Source: a virus | Strand: one strand, 5' to 3' | DNA length: 64,000 nucleotides | IMG/VR virus record: IMGVR_UViG_3300036760_000306 | Location: 1-64,000 of that record | Part shown: piece by piece, positions 41,071 to 49,761 of the stretch | How the letters are laid out: every line of letters starts with the position of its first letter | Numbering within the stretch: position 1 is the stretch's first letter | The notes under the pieces: generated by a model | Databases searched by the model: none | Told to the model about the DNA's origin: nothing | The model's input: the letters and a program-made list of their open reading frames with translations, nothing else | Translations under genes and position numbers: made by a program

Positions 41071-41339
41071 TCGAGATCCCCGCAGAGCTTGGTGACGACT
41101 CCGCCGACTTCTCCGATGAAGAAGTTGCTCTTGCGGTGGCGTTGCCGTCAGTGGATCGCGTGCTTGAGCATTTGCGTGCCCTGCGTTGTCCGCAGTGCGA
41201 GCAAGCCATGGCTCCGATCGAACATGCACTACGTCGGCGTGTCCCAACATTGTACTGGCGAATGCGTGTGCGGTGTGCGGCACAGCATGACCCCGTGTTG
41301 GTGATCATCCGTGCTGACTGGTTGTACGAATCCTTTTGA
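41067..41339 (+). CDS. Small Zn-ribbon protein
   Basis: CPQC...C...H; ATGA overlap. Confidence 0.55.
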   Translation: MIEIPAELGDDSADFSDEEVALAVALPSVDRVLEHLRALRCPQCEQAMAPIEHALRRRVPTLYWRMRVRCAAQHDPVLVIIRADWLYESF

Positions 41340-41364
41340 TCTTCGGCTAAAGGGAGGTGTCCAG

Positions 41365-41757
41365 ATGTCTTGCGGTTGCCAAAGTTCTCCGTGTTCCTGT
41401 GCCGGTGAGTGTCCGACACCGCCGACAACGAAATGTGATCGCTACGTTGCTGGCTCGAAGAATGTTTGGGTCGAACGTGGTTGTAGCCCGAACGACGTGA
41501 ACGCACTGGGTGTCTGCATGTTGGATACGATGACAAACGAGGACGTCATCTACACACTTGAGCGTGATGAGCAGGCACGTGCAGATCTACTGCAAATCAC
41601 GTCTGATCCGGTTCTTCTAGAGTTGGCCAAAACGATCCCTCGCTTGCCAGTTGTGGAGCAGGCCGACATAGAGCAAGCGGAACTTAATCAGCCGCACAAC
41701 TCGGGCTCGATCCCATTCTACTCCATCTTTCGCGGGCAACCTCCGTTCGCACAATGA
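41365..41757 (+). CDS. Hypothetical protein with Cys-rich N-terminus
   Basis: GGGAGG RBS; MSCGCQSSPCSCAGEC. Confidence 0.65.
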   Translation: MSCGCQSSPCSCAGECPTPPTTKCDRYVAGSKNVWVERGCSPNDVNALGVCMLDTMTNEDVIYTLERDEQARADLLQITSDPVLLELAKTIPRLPVVEQADIEQAELNQPHNSGSIPFYSIFRGQPPFAQ

Positions 41758-42131
41758 ACCGGCACCTGTCGCGTCGAGGTCAAGCAGCAACGGCTGCTAA
41801 CGTATCGAAAGCTCTCGTAGCGGTTCAGTCGTTGCAGGATCTTTCATCCGTTGTCGAACGTCTCAACCTTTTTCTCTCCGAAGCCGACAAGCTCGAAGTG
41901 CGGCTCGCAGAAGCACAGTCCGCAGTACAGGCGGCTCAAGCCGAGAACGTATTGCTTCGTGATGCGTTGGAGAAGCAGCGCCAAACATTCTTGCGCATGT
42001 TTGCTCAAGGCATGGGCATCTCGCTGAAGGATGTTCTTTCGATGGAACAGGCCATACAGGAACAGAACACCGATGCCAACACGCCTTCTGAACCAAGTGC
42101 AACGCCCCGAGAAACGGATTCAGGCACCTGA
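41754..42131 (+). CDS. Coiled-coil hypothetical protein
   Basis: ATGA overlap; heptad-like L/A/E/Q pattern. Confidence 0.6.
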   Translation: MNRHLSRRGQAATAANVSKALVAVQSLQDLSSVVERLNLFLSEADKLEVRLAEAQSAVQAAQAENVLLRDALEKQRQTFLRMFAQGMGISLKDVLSMEQAIQEQNTDANTPSEPSATPRETDSGT

Positions 42132-42315
42132 GCGCAGCGCAGACTGGAAACAGCTTCTCACCAAAGCGATTCAGCAAGCTGAAGCATCTGGGGACCGGAG
42201 ACTTGAGGGGTTAAAACGCGCCCTGGTGGACGGTCAAGCCGAACGCCATTTGCGTCGTTTGGGGATCATTCATGACGTGGATCTGAGTCGTGAATTCCCC
42301 GTTCAAACCCCGTAA
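42073..42315 (+). CDS. Small hypothetical protein
   Basis: ATG at 42073 overlapping the previous gene. Confidence 0.45.
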   Translation: MPTRLLNQVQRPEKRIQAPERSADWKQLLTKAIQQAEASGDRRLEGLKRALVDGQAERHLRRLGIIHDVDLSREFPVQTP

Positions 42316-42393
42316 CCTAATGTTTTCGGTAGTTTACGGAAGCTGATCTGCCTCCGGATCAGCTTCCGTAAAAACGACATTAGGTCAGGGGTT
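42306..42393. other. Long multi-stem inverted repeat (hairpin)
   Basis: TTTACGGAAGCTGATC (42333-48) pairs with GATCAGCTTCCGTAAA (42357-72); outer ACCTAATGT/ACATTAGGT and AACCCC/GGGGTT. Confidence 0.85.
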
Positions 42394-42533
42394 CTTGTGT
42401 TGAATTTGATGTAATGTCGGTTGCAGCCCCTAACCTAAAGAGTTAGGTTGGGTTAGTTAGTCAAAAAAACGGCTCGGAGGTGACTACCGAAGCCCTTGGG
42501 GCAAGCGCCCCAACATCGGATGGAGACAGATAT

Positions 42534-43397
42534 ATGTTGAACGAATTAAACAAACTTCGTGTGAAGGTAGCCACTGACCTGGCCACGTCTGCGAAGAAAA
42601 AACAGGCGGCTGAGGCAGCGTTCCTGAAAGCGAAAGCGGACTACGATAGGGCTTTCGCTGAACACGCCACGGTGATCGAGGTCAGCGAGAAGTTGCAACA
42701 GAGCTTCCCCGTTTCGGTCATCGCGAAGGCAAAGGGCAAGCCGGGTCCGAAGGCCAAGGCGGCTACGGCTCCGAAGGTGAAGGGTAAGCCGGGTCCGAAG
42801 CCCAAGGTGAAGGCCGCTGCGGCTCCGAAGGCGAAGGGTAAGCCTGGGCCGAAGCCCAAGGCAGTTGCGGCTCCGAAGGCTCCGAAGGCGAAGGGCAAGC
42901 CTGGGCCGAAGCCCAAGGTGAAGGCAGCGACCGATGCAGGTCCGAAGAAGTTGACCATGGTCGAGCGTCTCGTTTCTGTGATTGGCAGCAATGTCCTGTC
43001 CATCGACGAGATCGTTCAGGGTGTCATCGCAGCGGGCAACCCCCCGACCAGCAAGGACCTGAAGGGGTATACCAGCCAAGTCCTGAGTTCTGCGATCGTC
43101 AAGGACACCGAAGACAAGGTCTTCATGCCGGTGAGTCGTGGCAAGTATTGCGTGGTTGCCAACTACAAGGGTCCGAAGGCAGCGGCGGCTAAGGCTCCGA
43201 AGGCCCCGAAGGCGGCTAAGGCTCCGAAGGCGGCTAAGGCTCCGAAGGCAGCGGCCCCTGTTGCTGTGAAGGCAGCGGCCCCTGTTGCTGTGAAGGCCCC
43301 GGCTCCCGAAGATCAGAGCCCTGCGGATAAGCTCCTTGCGGACCTTGCTGCGATGGGTGTGGAGCCGGAGCCGTTTGCTCCGGCCCCGTTATCCTGA
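42534..43397 (+). CDS. Lys/Ala/Pro-rich histone-H1-like nucleoid protein with a wHTH domain
   Basis: KGKPGPK x4, AKAPKA repeats, central wHTH; GGAG RBS before ATG 42534 (alternative GTG start at 42480). Confidence 0.75.
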   Translation: MLNELNKLRVKVATDLATSAKKKQAAEAAFLKAKADYDRAFAEHATVIEVSEKLQQSFPVSVIAKAKGKPGPKAKAATAPKVKGKPGPKPKVKAAAAPKAKGKPGPKPKAVAAPKAPKAKGKPGPKPKVKAATDAGPKKLTMVERLVSVIGSNVLSIDEIVQGVIAAGNPPTSKDLKGYTSQVLSSAIVKDTEDKVFMPVSRGKYCVVANYKGPKAAAAKAPKAPKAAKAPKAAKAPKAAAPVAVKAAAPVAVKAPAPEDQSPADKLLADLAAMGVEPEPFAPAPLS

Positions 43398-43413
43398 AGA
43401 AGTAAGCGCAGTA

Positions 43414-43469
43414 AAAGACGGCAGAACGCGACACGGACCCTCCTGAAGCCATCGCGTTCTGCCGTCTTT
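43414..43469. terminator. 18-bp perfect inverted repeat after the histone-like gene
   Basis: AAAGACGGCAGAACGCGA / TCGCGTTCTGCCGTCTTT with a 20-nt loop. Confidence 0.7.
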
Positions 43470-43493
43470 CGTTAAAGACCCTACGAGCCGCCT

Positions 43494-43500
43494 GGTGTAG
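43494..43500 (+). promoter_or_regulatory. GGTGTAG element, leaderless spacing
   Basis: TAG at 43498, ATG at 43510 (12 nt). Confidence 0.65.
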
Positions 43501-43509
43501 AGCCAAGCA

Positions 43510-44016
43510 ATGGACGTAGGTGATCTACTTGAGGGGTGTGGCAAGTTTTGGTTGGTCCGCAGGACTGAGCCGCACCTATGGGTCCTTGAGGCCCAGGGTA
43601 ACCACGGCTACGTCCAGCCTGTGTGTCCGCCCTGGGATCAGTTTACACGACTGTGTAACCCGTCACAGGATTGGCCTGCCGTTACGTTGCCCCAGGTGCG
43701 GCACGGGATTCTGGCAACTGTCACCCGGGCCGACTTTTCCGACCCTCAACTTCTGGGCCACCTGAAAGATTGGGTCCGGATGGGTGTGTTTCAGATTGGA
43801 GGAGCGCTGTACTTGAACCCAGCGTTGGGGCTCGGTTTCCGAGACCGCCTGATCGTGACCTACCAGGATGGGGGCACCGCTTCTGTGGACATCCCCAGGG
43901 ACTTCCAACCCCTCAAGGTAAAGACGGCTCGTTTGACCCCGCAGCCTGCCCCAAAACCGAAAACGCCCCCGGTATCGTTGTTCGGCCGCTTATTGGCAGA
44001 TGGCGACGACGAATGA
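43510..44016 (+). CDS. Hypothetical protein
   Basis: ATG at the motif-defined spacing; coupled to the next gene. Confidence 0.6.
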   Translation: MDVGDLLEGCGKFWLVRRTEPHLWVLEAQGNHGYVQPVCPPWDQFTRLCNPSQDWPAVTLPQVRHGILATVTRADFSDPQLLGHLKDWVRMGVFQIGGALYLNPALGLGFRDRLIVTYQDGGTASVDIPRDFQPLKVKTARLTPQPAPKPKTPPVSLFGRLLADGDDE

Positions 44017-44624
44017 AACGGCACCTCCCCATCATGGTCGAGCGAGCAATCGCTGAGGTAAAGGCGCTCCAAACCGAAGTGGGGTCTGGGTTCGAGGGCC
44101 AGGTAAGACAAGAACGAGCTGTCTCTTGCAAAGTCGGTTGCTCGAACTGCTGTCACCACCCGTTCCTGGTCACTCTCCCCGAGGGCTTGTTGCTGTACCG
44201 TTGGCTCTCAACCCACGGTCGTTGGACCCCTTCTTTACGTAAGCGTATCGAAGAGACTCGCGACAAGACTCTAGGGTTGGCGTTCCGCGTGTGGTTGCTG
44301 AGCAATATCCCGTGCCCGCTTTTGGAGGACCACAAGTGCTTGGCATACGAAGCTCGCCCATTGCACTGCCGGACGACATTCTCAAGGGGTGATCCAGAGA
44401 TGTGCCACCCACATGAACTCGGGTCCAGTGCGGGTATTATCCCCAACACCGAGGTCATCATAAGTTACAACAACCAACTGCTGGCTCTGCTCAAGCGCCT
44501 GGGCCTTCAAGGCTCTCTCATGCCTCTCGCTGAGGCCGTTTTGATTGGCGAGGCCGTCGATTCGGGTAAAATCGAAATCGAAGAATCCGCCCTTCAGCAT
44601 GCAAAGGATCTGTTCGGTGCCTAA
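44013..44624 (+). CDS. YkgJ-family CxxxCxxCC cysteine-cluster protein
   Basis: CKVGCSNCC and CPLL...CLAYEARPLHCR; ATGA overlap at 44013. Confidence 0.85.
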   Translation: MKRHLPIMVERAIAEVKALQTEVGSGFEGQVRQERAVSCKVGCSNCCHHPFLVTLPEGLLLYRWLSTHGRWTPSLRKRIEETRDKTLGLAFRVWLLSNIPCPLLEDHKCLAYEARPLHCRTTFSRGDPEMCHPHELGSSAGIIPNTEVIISYNNQLLALLKRLGLQGSLMPLAEAVLIGEAVDSGKIEIEESALQHAKDLFGA

Positions 44625-44907
44625 TACTTGTTGCGTATGCGAGAACCCTTTTACAGAGGGCAAGTCCTTCACGCTGACTCCCGAAGAAAGGGAAGCCATT
44701 GGTCCCGACGCCCCTCAAGAGATCCACTATTGCAAGCATTGCCTTAGGGTGATGGAGGACAAGGAATCTGGTGCCCAGTTGCTCAAGGGGCTCTACGAGA
44801 TGCAGTTGGCGGCCCGTGGTGTACCTAATGCCAAAGCGATCTCGGAACGCTTTCACACTGAACTGCTTGCCAAGGCAAAACAGGGCACGCTAAGGAAGAT
44901 GCACTGA
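44617..44907 (+). CDS. Small Zn-finger protein
   Basis: CCVC...YCKHC. Confidence 0.6.
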   Translation: MPNTCCVCENPFTEGKSFTLTPEEREAIGPDAPQEIHYCKHCLRVMEDKESGAQLLKGLYEMQLAARGVPNAKAISERFHTELLAKAKQGTLRKMH

Positions 44908-44908
44908 A

Positions 44909-45595
44909 ATGGAAACCATCACAGTCGAACACCACTTGAAAGCCTTTCGCGAGCTAAACGGTGAAGAAGCGTGGCGCAGTGAAGTCCATCGCTTGGCTCT
45001 GGCGGGGATCTGCACGGGCCCCAAGCACGAAGCCTTCTGGCAGGAGTTCACCAAGGACTTCGAGTGGCTCGATTGGGCGGCCTTGAAGCAGCAGGCGGTG
45101 GGCCAGACATCACCCCGGAGTCCTGGATCAGGTCCAATGCGACCTGATCAGATGATGGCGGAGATGCTTCGCAAGCAGATGCCGGGGATCAAGACGCAGG
45201 CTCAGTACGATGCGGTGGTAGGCTCGCTTGATGCCGTGCGACTCGTGGTCAACGCCATCCTGGAGGGCGGTGGATCCAAAGAGGCAGAAGCTCGCCAGGC
45301 CCTGGAGATGACCTTCACGGTTCTGGCGAAAGCCACCGAGGTCACCAACAAACTTGAAGATAGTCCTGAAGCGGCCAGTAGCCCTGCGGCCGAGAAGTTC
45401 AAGGCCCCGCCTGCCCAGTTCCAGGAGCAAGAAGTGTACTCCAAGCTCATGGGTGAGCTTGAGACGCTCGGGACGCTGGACGCCCTGAACTTCTGGTACG
45501 GGCAGACCAAGCCGGAACGTGATCGTGTGGTGACCCAGAGCCTCCGGAACTCCCTCATGGACTCGATCCGGGCGAAACGCAACGGTCTTGTGTGA
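44909..45595 (+). CDS. Hypothetical protein
   Basis: 228-aa ORF coupled to its neighbours. Confidence 0.65.
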   Translation: METITVEHHLKAFRELNGEEAWRSEVHRLALAGICTGPKHEAFWQEFTKDFEWLDWAALKQQAVGQTSPRSPGSGPMRPDQMMAEMLRKQMPGIKTQAQYDAVVGSLDAVRLVVNAILEGGGSKEAEARQALEMTFTVLAKATEVTNKLEDSPEAASSPAAEKFKAPPAQFQEQEVYSKLMGELETLGTLDALNFWYGQTKPERDRVVTQSLRNSLMDSIRAKRNGLV

Positions 45596-45966
45596 AGGTT
45601 CTGGTCTTCGGATCCCGTGAGTGGCACTGGGATGGGGTGATTTTTCGGGTGCTTTCCAGGCTCCCCCCAGATACCATCTTGGTGAACGGGTACGCTCCTG
45701 GGGCGGACAAGATCGCGGACTCAATGGGCCGCAAGCTTGGGTTCGAGGTCCGGCCCTACCCGGCTGACTGGGACAAGTTGGGGCCAGCGGCGGGCCCGAT
45801 CCGAAACGCTGCGATGCTCACCGGGGAGCATCCGGACCCGCAGGGCATCAAGATCGACAAGGGGTTCGGGTTCTCAACGGGCCGCCAAAACAAAGGCACT
45901 CACGACATGGCTGAGAAGCTATGGGATGCTGGGATCAGGTTTGAGATTTTGTTTCCGCCAGGTTAG
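45592..45966 (+). CDS. SLOG-family protein (YspA/DUF2493-like)
   Basis: KVLVFGSR, LVNGYAPGAD, PADW...AGPIRN, KGTHDM. Confidence 0.85.
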   Translation: MKVLVFGSREWHWDGVIFRVLSRLPPDTILVNGYAPGADKIADSMGRKLGFEVRPYPADWDKLGPAAGPIRNAAMLTGEHPDPQGIKIDKGFGFSTGRQNKGTHDMAEKLWDAGIRFEILFPPG

Positions 45967-45975
45967 TCTTGGGTG

Positions 45976-46239
45976 ATGATGGGGCAAGTGATGGTGAGGA
46001 AAACCCTACTTGAGGTTCCTGGTTCGATGCTTGACGCGGCCATGTTGCCTTATGTGAAGAAGTGGTCCGAGCCGCCAAAGGCTCTTGAGGTTTTAGAGGT
46101 GCTGGACCACTGCATCAATGGGGCATTAGCGTCTGGGTTGGTGATCCAGCTCTTGCAGCAAGAGTACGACGACGCTTTGAAGCGGGAAGATCTTTTACAC
46201 GGGCAACTGGTGCCTTTGGCTACGTGGAGAGACGCCTAG
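45976..46239 (+). CDS. Small hypothetical protein
   Basis: TAGTCT 12 nt upstream of ATG 45976 (variant promoter). Confidence 0.55.
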   Translation: MMGQVMVRKTLLEVPGSMLDAAMLPYVKKWSEPPKALEVLEVLDHCINGALASGLVIQLLQQEYDDALKREDLLHGQLVPLATWRDA

Positions 46240-46249
46240 GCAACTACGG

Positions 46250-46630
46250 ATGACCTTCCACATTCGACATAGCGATACCCGCTTTCATACGACTATGTGT
46301 GGGATCCCGTTGTCCTTTCGTGGCCCCATTCTTGGGCAGGATCCCAACTGTGTGTCTTGCGAACTTGCCGGGAAGGCTTGGGATCGGAAGATGGCTCAAG
46401 CGTACGTTGAGTATTGGCGGAAGTACCCAAGAACTAGAATTCACCGTTGGGCGGATCATTGGGCACACTTTGGGGACGGTGATTACGAGGTCTTAGACTG
46501 GTTCCCTATCGGGGTGGCTACGGCGGGTCTTGGCATTCCGGTGGTGATGGCTATGAAACGAGTGGCGCGTGTAGTGCTACGCTTTCAAAAACCCATTAAG
46601 CGCCCGCCTTTCATTCCGCCGGATGCGTAA
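46250..46630 (+). CDS. Hypothetical protein
   Basis: 126-aa ORF with H...CG...CxxC. Confidence 0.5.
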   Translation: MTFHIRHSDTRFHTTMCGIPLSFRGPILGQDPNCVSCELAGKAWDRKMAQAYVEYWRKYPRTRIHRWADHWAHFGDGDYEVLDWFPIGVATAGLGIPVVMAMKRVARVVLRFQKPIKRPPFIPPDA

Positions 46631-46649
46631 ATCGTCGGGCCTCCGGTAC

Positions 46650-46945
46650 CTACGATCCGCTGACTCATCCGTTTCGAGATTCTGTTTCCGCCTGGACCTT
46701 TGAACAGAAGCCTTTGAGCCCTGGGGTTAGCTCGCCCCGATCGAGCATGTGATCGGTCTCAATGCGCTCCTCCGAAGTACGACCTTCGTCCCTGCAAGGG
46801 TAGCATCGCCCTGTGCCCAGATGGTGATCAAGGGTCGCATGCGTGCATAGGCAGGTTTGCTGAAGGGTTGCTACACCACTTAGGGCCGACGGTACGTGGG
46901 CGGGTTCTCTCGCATGAAGCGGTCTACGATCCGCTGACTCATCCG
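46650..46945 (-). repeat. 22-bp exact direct repeat (46650-46671 and 46924-46945) encoding RMSQRIV on the - strand
   Basis: CTACGATCCGCTGACTCATCCG present twice. Confidence 0.9.
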
Positions 46946-47190
46946 GTCCGCGATGGTAGTCTCGATGTGCCGCTCTCGGGCCTTCTCGCTCGTGAAGGCC
47001 AGGTGCCACAAGGGTTTGTCACCCTTCTTGGCGAACACGATGGCGTACGGTCGGCCCCCAGCCTCGTACTCCCACACCAGCAGGTCGGAGCCTGGGGGCG
47101 TATAGGGCTTCATGCCTCGGGTCTTGGGCGGCAGGTAACTCCGGTCGTAGCTGTGCCTTGTGCTCACGCTTTCACTGTTCACAAGGTTAG
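46880..47190 (-). CDS. Probably 5'-truncated hypothetical protein ending in a tag motif
   Basis: Open frame ...KPLWHLAFTSEKARERHI...RMSQRIVDRFMRE; the 5' end runs into an HNH remnant, so the start coordinate is approximate. Confidence 0.45.
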
Positions 47191-47219
47191 AACCGATACA
47201 CTTCGGAACTTCCTTTTCT

Positions 47220-47387
47220 GGCACACGCACTACTGCGTCTCTTGACCGTATTGACAACGACTTGGGGTACACACTAAACAACGTTCAATGGGTATCCAAA
47301 AGCATCAACCTTATGCGTCGGACCCTAACGATACCGGAGTTCAGGGTTTGGTGTAAGAAGGTGGCAGAATGGCAATCACGTATTTAA
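47220..47387 (+). pseudogene. HNH endonuclease C-terminal remnant
   Basis: ASLDRIDNDLGYTLNNVQWVSKSINLM with no N-terminal part. Confidence 0.7.
47350..47356 (+). promoter_or_regulatory. GGTGTAA element
   Basis: TAA at 47354, ATG at 47369 (15 nt). Confidence 0.45.
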
Positions 47388-47896
47388 ATGGAGACGCTAC
47401 GAAACCCACCCTCAGCAAAGGGGAAACAGGGCTGCTGGTACACATATGCAACAATGTCGGTGGATTCGGGAAAGGCTTCGTGCTCGCTATCTCGAAACGT
47501 TGGCCGTACCCCGAGCGGGAGTACCGGCGTTGGCACCGAGAGGGCTCCGACTTGCTGGCCGGGAAGTTCCAGCTCGGGGCCATTCAGGTTGTTCCGGTGC
47601 AGGGTGATCCGCCACTCTCTGTGGTCAACATGATCGCCCAAGAGGGTTACGGGAAGGGCAACCGGAACCGGCATCGTAGTAGTGAACCGGACTCCCGACC
47701 CCCGATCAGGTACGATGCCTTGGAGCAGTGCTTGACTGAGGTCGGGTACTTGGTCAAGAGTGGTCCGGCTCAAGGTGCTTCCGTGCATATGCCTCGCATC
47801 GGCTGTGGGCTCGCGGGCGCGACTTGGGGCGAGGTGGAGCCCATCATTGAGCGAACCCTGAGCCACGTTCAGGTGTTCGTGTACGATCTGCTATGA
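47369..47896 (+). CDS. Macro domain ADP-ribose hydrolase (Poa1p/TARG1-like)
   Basis: YLNGDAT, VHICNNVGGFGKGF, VNMIAQ, HMPRIGCGLAG..W. Confidence 0.9.
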   Translation: MAITYLNGDATKPTLSKGETGLLVHICNNVGGFGKGFVLAISKRWPYPEREYRRWHREGSDLLAGKFQLGAIQVVPVQGDPPLSVVNMIAQEGYGKGNRNRHRSSEPDSRPPIRYDALEQCLTEVGYLVKSGPAQGASVHMPRIGCGLAGATWGEVEPIIERTLSHVQVFVYDLL

Positions 47897-48063
47897 TGCT
47901 GCCTGACATTGACTGCCCCCGGTGCCACCACGCTATGACTCAGCATTACGTGGGTGAAGGCTGGGGACCGCCAGAGTATAAGTGCTGGGAACGCGAACAT
48001 CCCTACGAAAACGGTCGCTGCGGGTGCCGCTACCAACCACCGGATCACTTGCTCAAGGACTAA
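47893..48063 (+). CDS. Small Cys/His protein (absent from the ORF track)
   Basis: ATGA overlap; MMLPDIDCPRCHH...CGC, 56 aa. Confidence 0.45.
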   Translation: MMLPDIDCPRCHHAMTQHYVGEGWGPPEYKCWEREHPYENGRCGCRYQPPDHLLKD

Positions 48064-48090
48064 CTCTTTTGTGTTACCTGTGAGTAAGCC

Positions 48091-48603
48091 ATGTACACGT
48101 ACCGCCGGACAGCAGCCGCACGTTCACCCCAACCGGAGTTGACCGCGTTGCTTGAGAAAGCGATCGAGGTTCACTCTCAGCAGCAGAGGTGGATCGATCG
48201 CTTTCCCGCCATCCTGCGTGAGTCGAGGAAAGAATCGCTAGACCTTCCTGAAGGTCTGGTTTGGCAAGACCTCTTTGTGCCCTACTGGCGGGAACTATAC
48301 GCCTGGGAAAACGAGCTGTCGGAACTCTCGTACCAGGCTGAGGGCTTGGAGTACCCCAAGGGTTCTGCCAACTCAGCTTTGCGGCGGACGATTGAGAACG
48401 CCCTTAGCAGGCATTCTACCCCCGATAAGGCCAAGACTGAGTACGCTACCGCCAAGATACACTTCGAGTTCTCTACGAAGTTGAACCGGAAGGACCACAT
48501 CGCGTACGAGGTCCAGCGTTTGGAAACTTGGGCCATGGCCTTTGAGGCGTGGACTCACGAAGCCAAGCGCACTCTCGTGGCTTCTATGAAGTTCACCCGC
48601 TAG
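48091..48603 (+). CDS. Hypothetical protein
   Basis: 170-aa ORF beginning MYTYRRTAA; CTTTTGT upstream. Confidence 0.6.
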   Translation: MYTYRRTAAARSPQPELTALLEKAIEVHSQQQRWIDRFPAILRESRKESLDLPEGLVWQDLFVPYWRELYAWENELSELSYQAEGLEYPKGSANSALRRTIENALSRHSTPDKAKTEYATAKIHFEFSTKLNRKDHIAYEVQRLETWAMAFEAWTHEAKRTLVASMKFTR

Positions 48604-48613
48604 GCCTTTCGGT

Positions 48614-48620
48614 GGTGTAG
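48614..48620 (+). promoter_or_regulatory. GGTGTAG(TCT) element, leaderless spacing
   Basis: TAGTCT at 48618, ATG at 48630 (12 nt). Confidence 0.7.
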
Positions 48621-48629
48621 TCTGCCCTC

Positions 48630-49580
48630 ATGGCACTACCCCTCGAAAAACTCCAAGCGGTCCAGACCATCATCTCGCATGCCAACTGTGCTGACGGTAC
48701 GGCGGCGGCGATGTTCCTGCACGACGTTCTGCCCGCCGCTAAGGTCATCTTTTTGCAGTACGGGACCGAGGCGTACCGGAATCTCAAGGCTGAGCCCGGG
48801 ATGCTTTTCTGCGACTTCTCGCCCCACCCCGAAACGTACCAGCAGTTCATTGACGCGGGGGCCCTCATCCTTGACCACCACAAGACAGCACGAGGTGTGG
48901 TGGAGGCGTTCGGTGAGAACGGTGTGTTTGGGGATGAGGAAACTGAGCCAGGTGTAGCAGGAGCTACTCTCGCCTATCGTCACGTCTGGAGCCCACTACG
49001 TGGGCAGTGCACGCAAGCCTCGTTTGCAAACGACTTTGCCCGTTTGGCGGGCATTCGTGACACATGGCAGAATCAGAGCCCTGAATGGTTGGCGGCGTGC
49101 GCACAGGGGGAGCTGCTTCGTTTCATGGGCACAGAACGGCTTCTCAGCGTACCATTCATGAAGCTCTCTGAGTCTTGGGACCGTGACTTTAAATGGATCG
49201 GCGAAGTCCTGTTGGAACAGAACGTTCGGTCGGTGAGGGCAGTGATCAAGGGGGCTGTCCGATTCACCAGTGATAAAGGCACCCGAGTCGTGATGTTCGA
49301 TTCTACCAAACTCTCAAGTGACGCCGCAGAAGCGCTTGGAAGCGAAGCTGATCTCGTGATCGGCTTCGGGTACGTCCAGGATGACGTTACAACCCAGCCC
49401 AAGATGATCGTGTCTACACGCTCACACACGATCTTCGATTGTGCCGCGTTCGCCCTGCGGTTTGGCGGGGGCGGCCACACCAAAGCAGCGGGCTTTAGTG
49501 TGGCCATCTATCAGAGTTCCATGAACCCTTACGAGATCGTTCGAGGTCTGCTGGAAAGCTATGAACTAGGTGGTCTATGA
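48630..49580 (+). CDS. DHH/DHHA1 phosphoesterase (nanoRNase-like)
   Basis: SHANCADG, CDFS, LDHHKT, RDTW, GGGGH..AAGF. Confidence 0.88.
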   Translation: MALPLEKLQAVQTIISHANCADGTAAAMFLHDVLPAAKVIFLQYGTEAYRNLKAEPGMLFCDFSPHPETYQQFIDAGALILDHHKTARGVVEAFGENGVFGDEETEPGVAGATLAYRHVWSPLRGQCTQASFANDFARLAGIRDTWQNQSPEWLAACAQGELLRFMGTERLLSVPFMKLSESWDRDFKWIGEVLLEQNVRSVRAVIKGAVRFTSDKGTRVVMFDSTKLSSDAAEALGSEADLVIGFGYVQDDVTTQPKMIVSTRSHTIFDCAAFALRFGGGGHTKAAGFSVAIYQSSMNPYEIVRGLLESYELGGL

Positions 49581-49761
49581 ACCACCATATCGTGTAGTGT
49601 GTTTGGTGCTGAAAGAACTCAAAAACCGGATCGGTAGGTAGGGACTCAGGATCCCTACTTCGAGTTGCTGTTGGAGCAGTTTAAAGCGTCAGTTCAACCA
49701 GGTTGATAATCCATGTGTGCCGTGGGCTTAACGAAGCGCTCTGAGCGCCGTATGCCTAAAG

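Noticed and set aside
42720-43310. DNA repeats as a possible non-coding array
   Set aside because: Fully explained by in-frame KPGPK/AKAP peptide repeats
43671-44012. N-terminal extension of the YkgJ ORF
   Set aside because: Overlaps the 43510 gene; the ATGA-coupled start at 44013 is preferred
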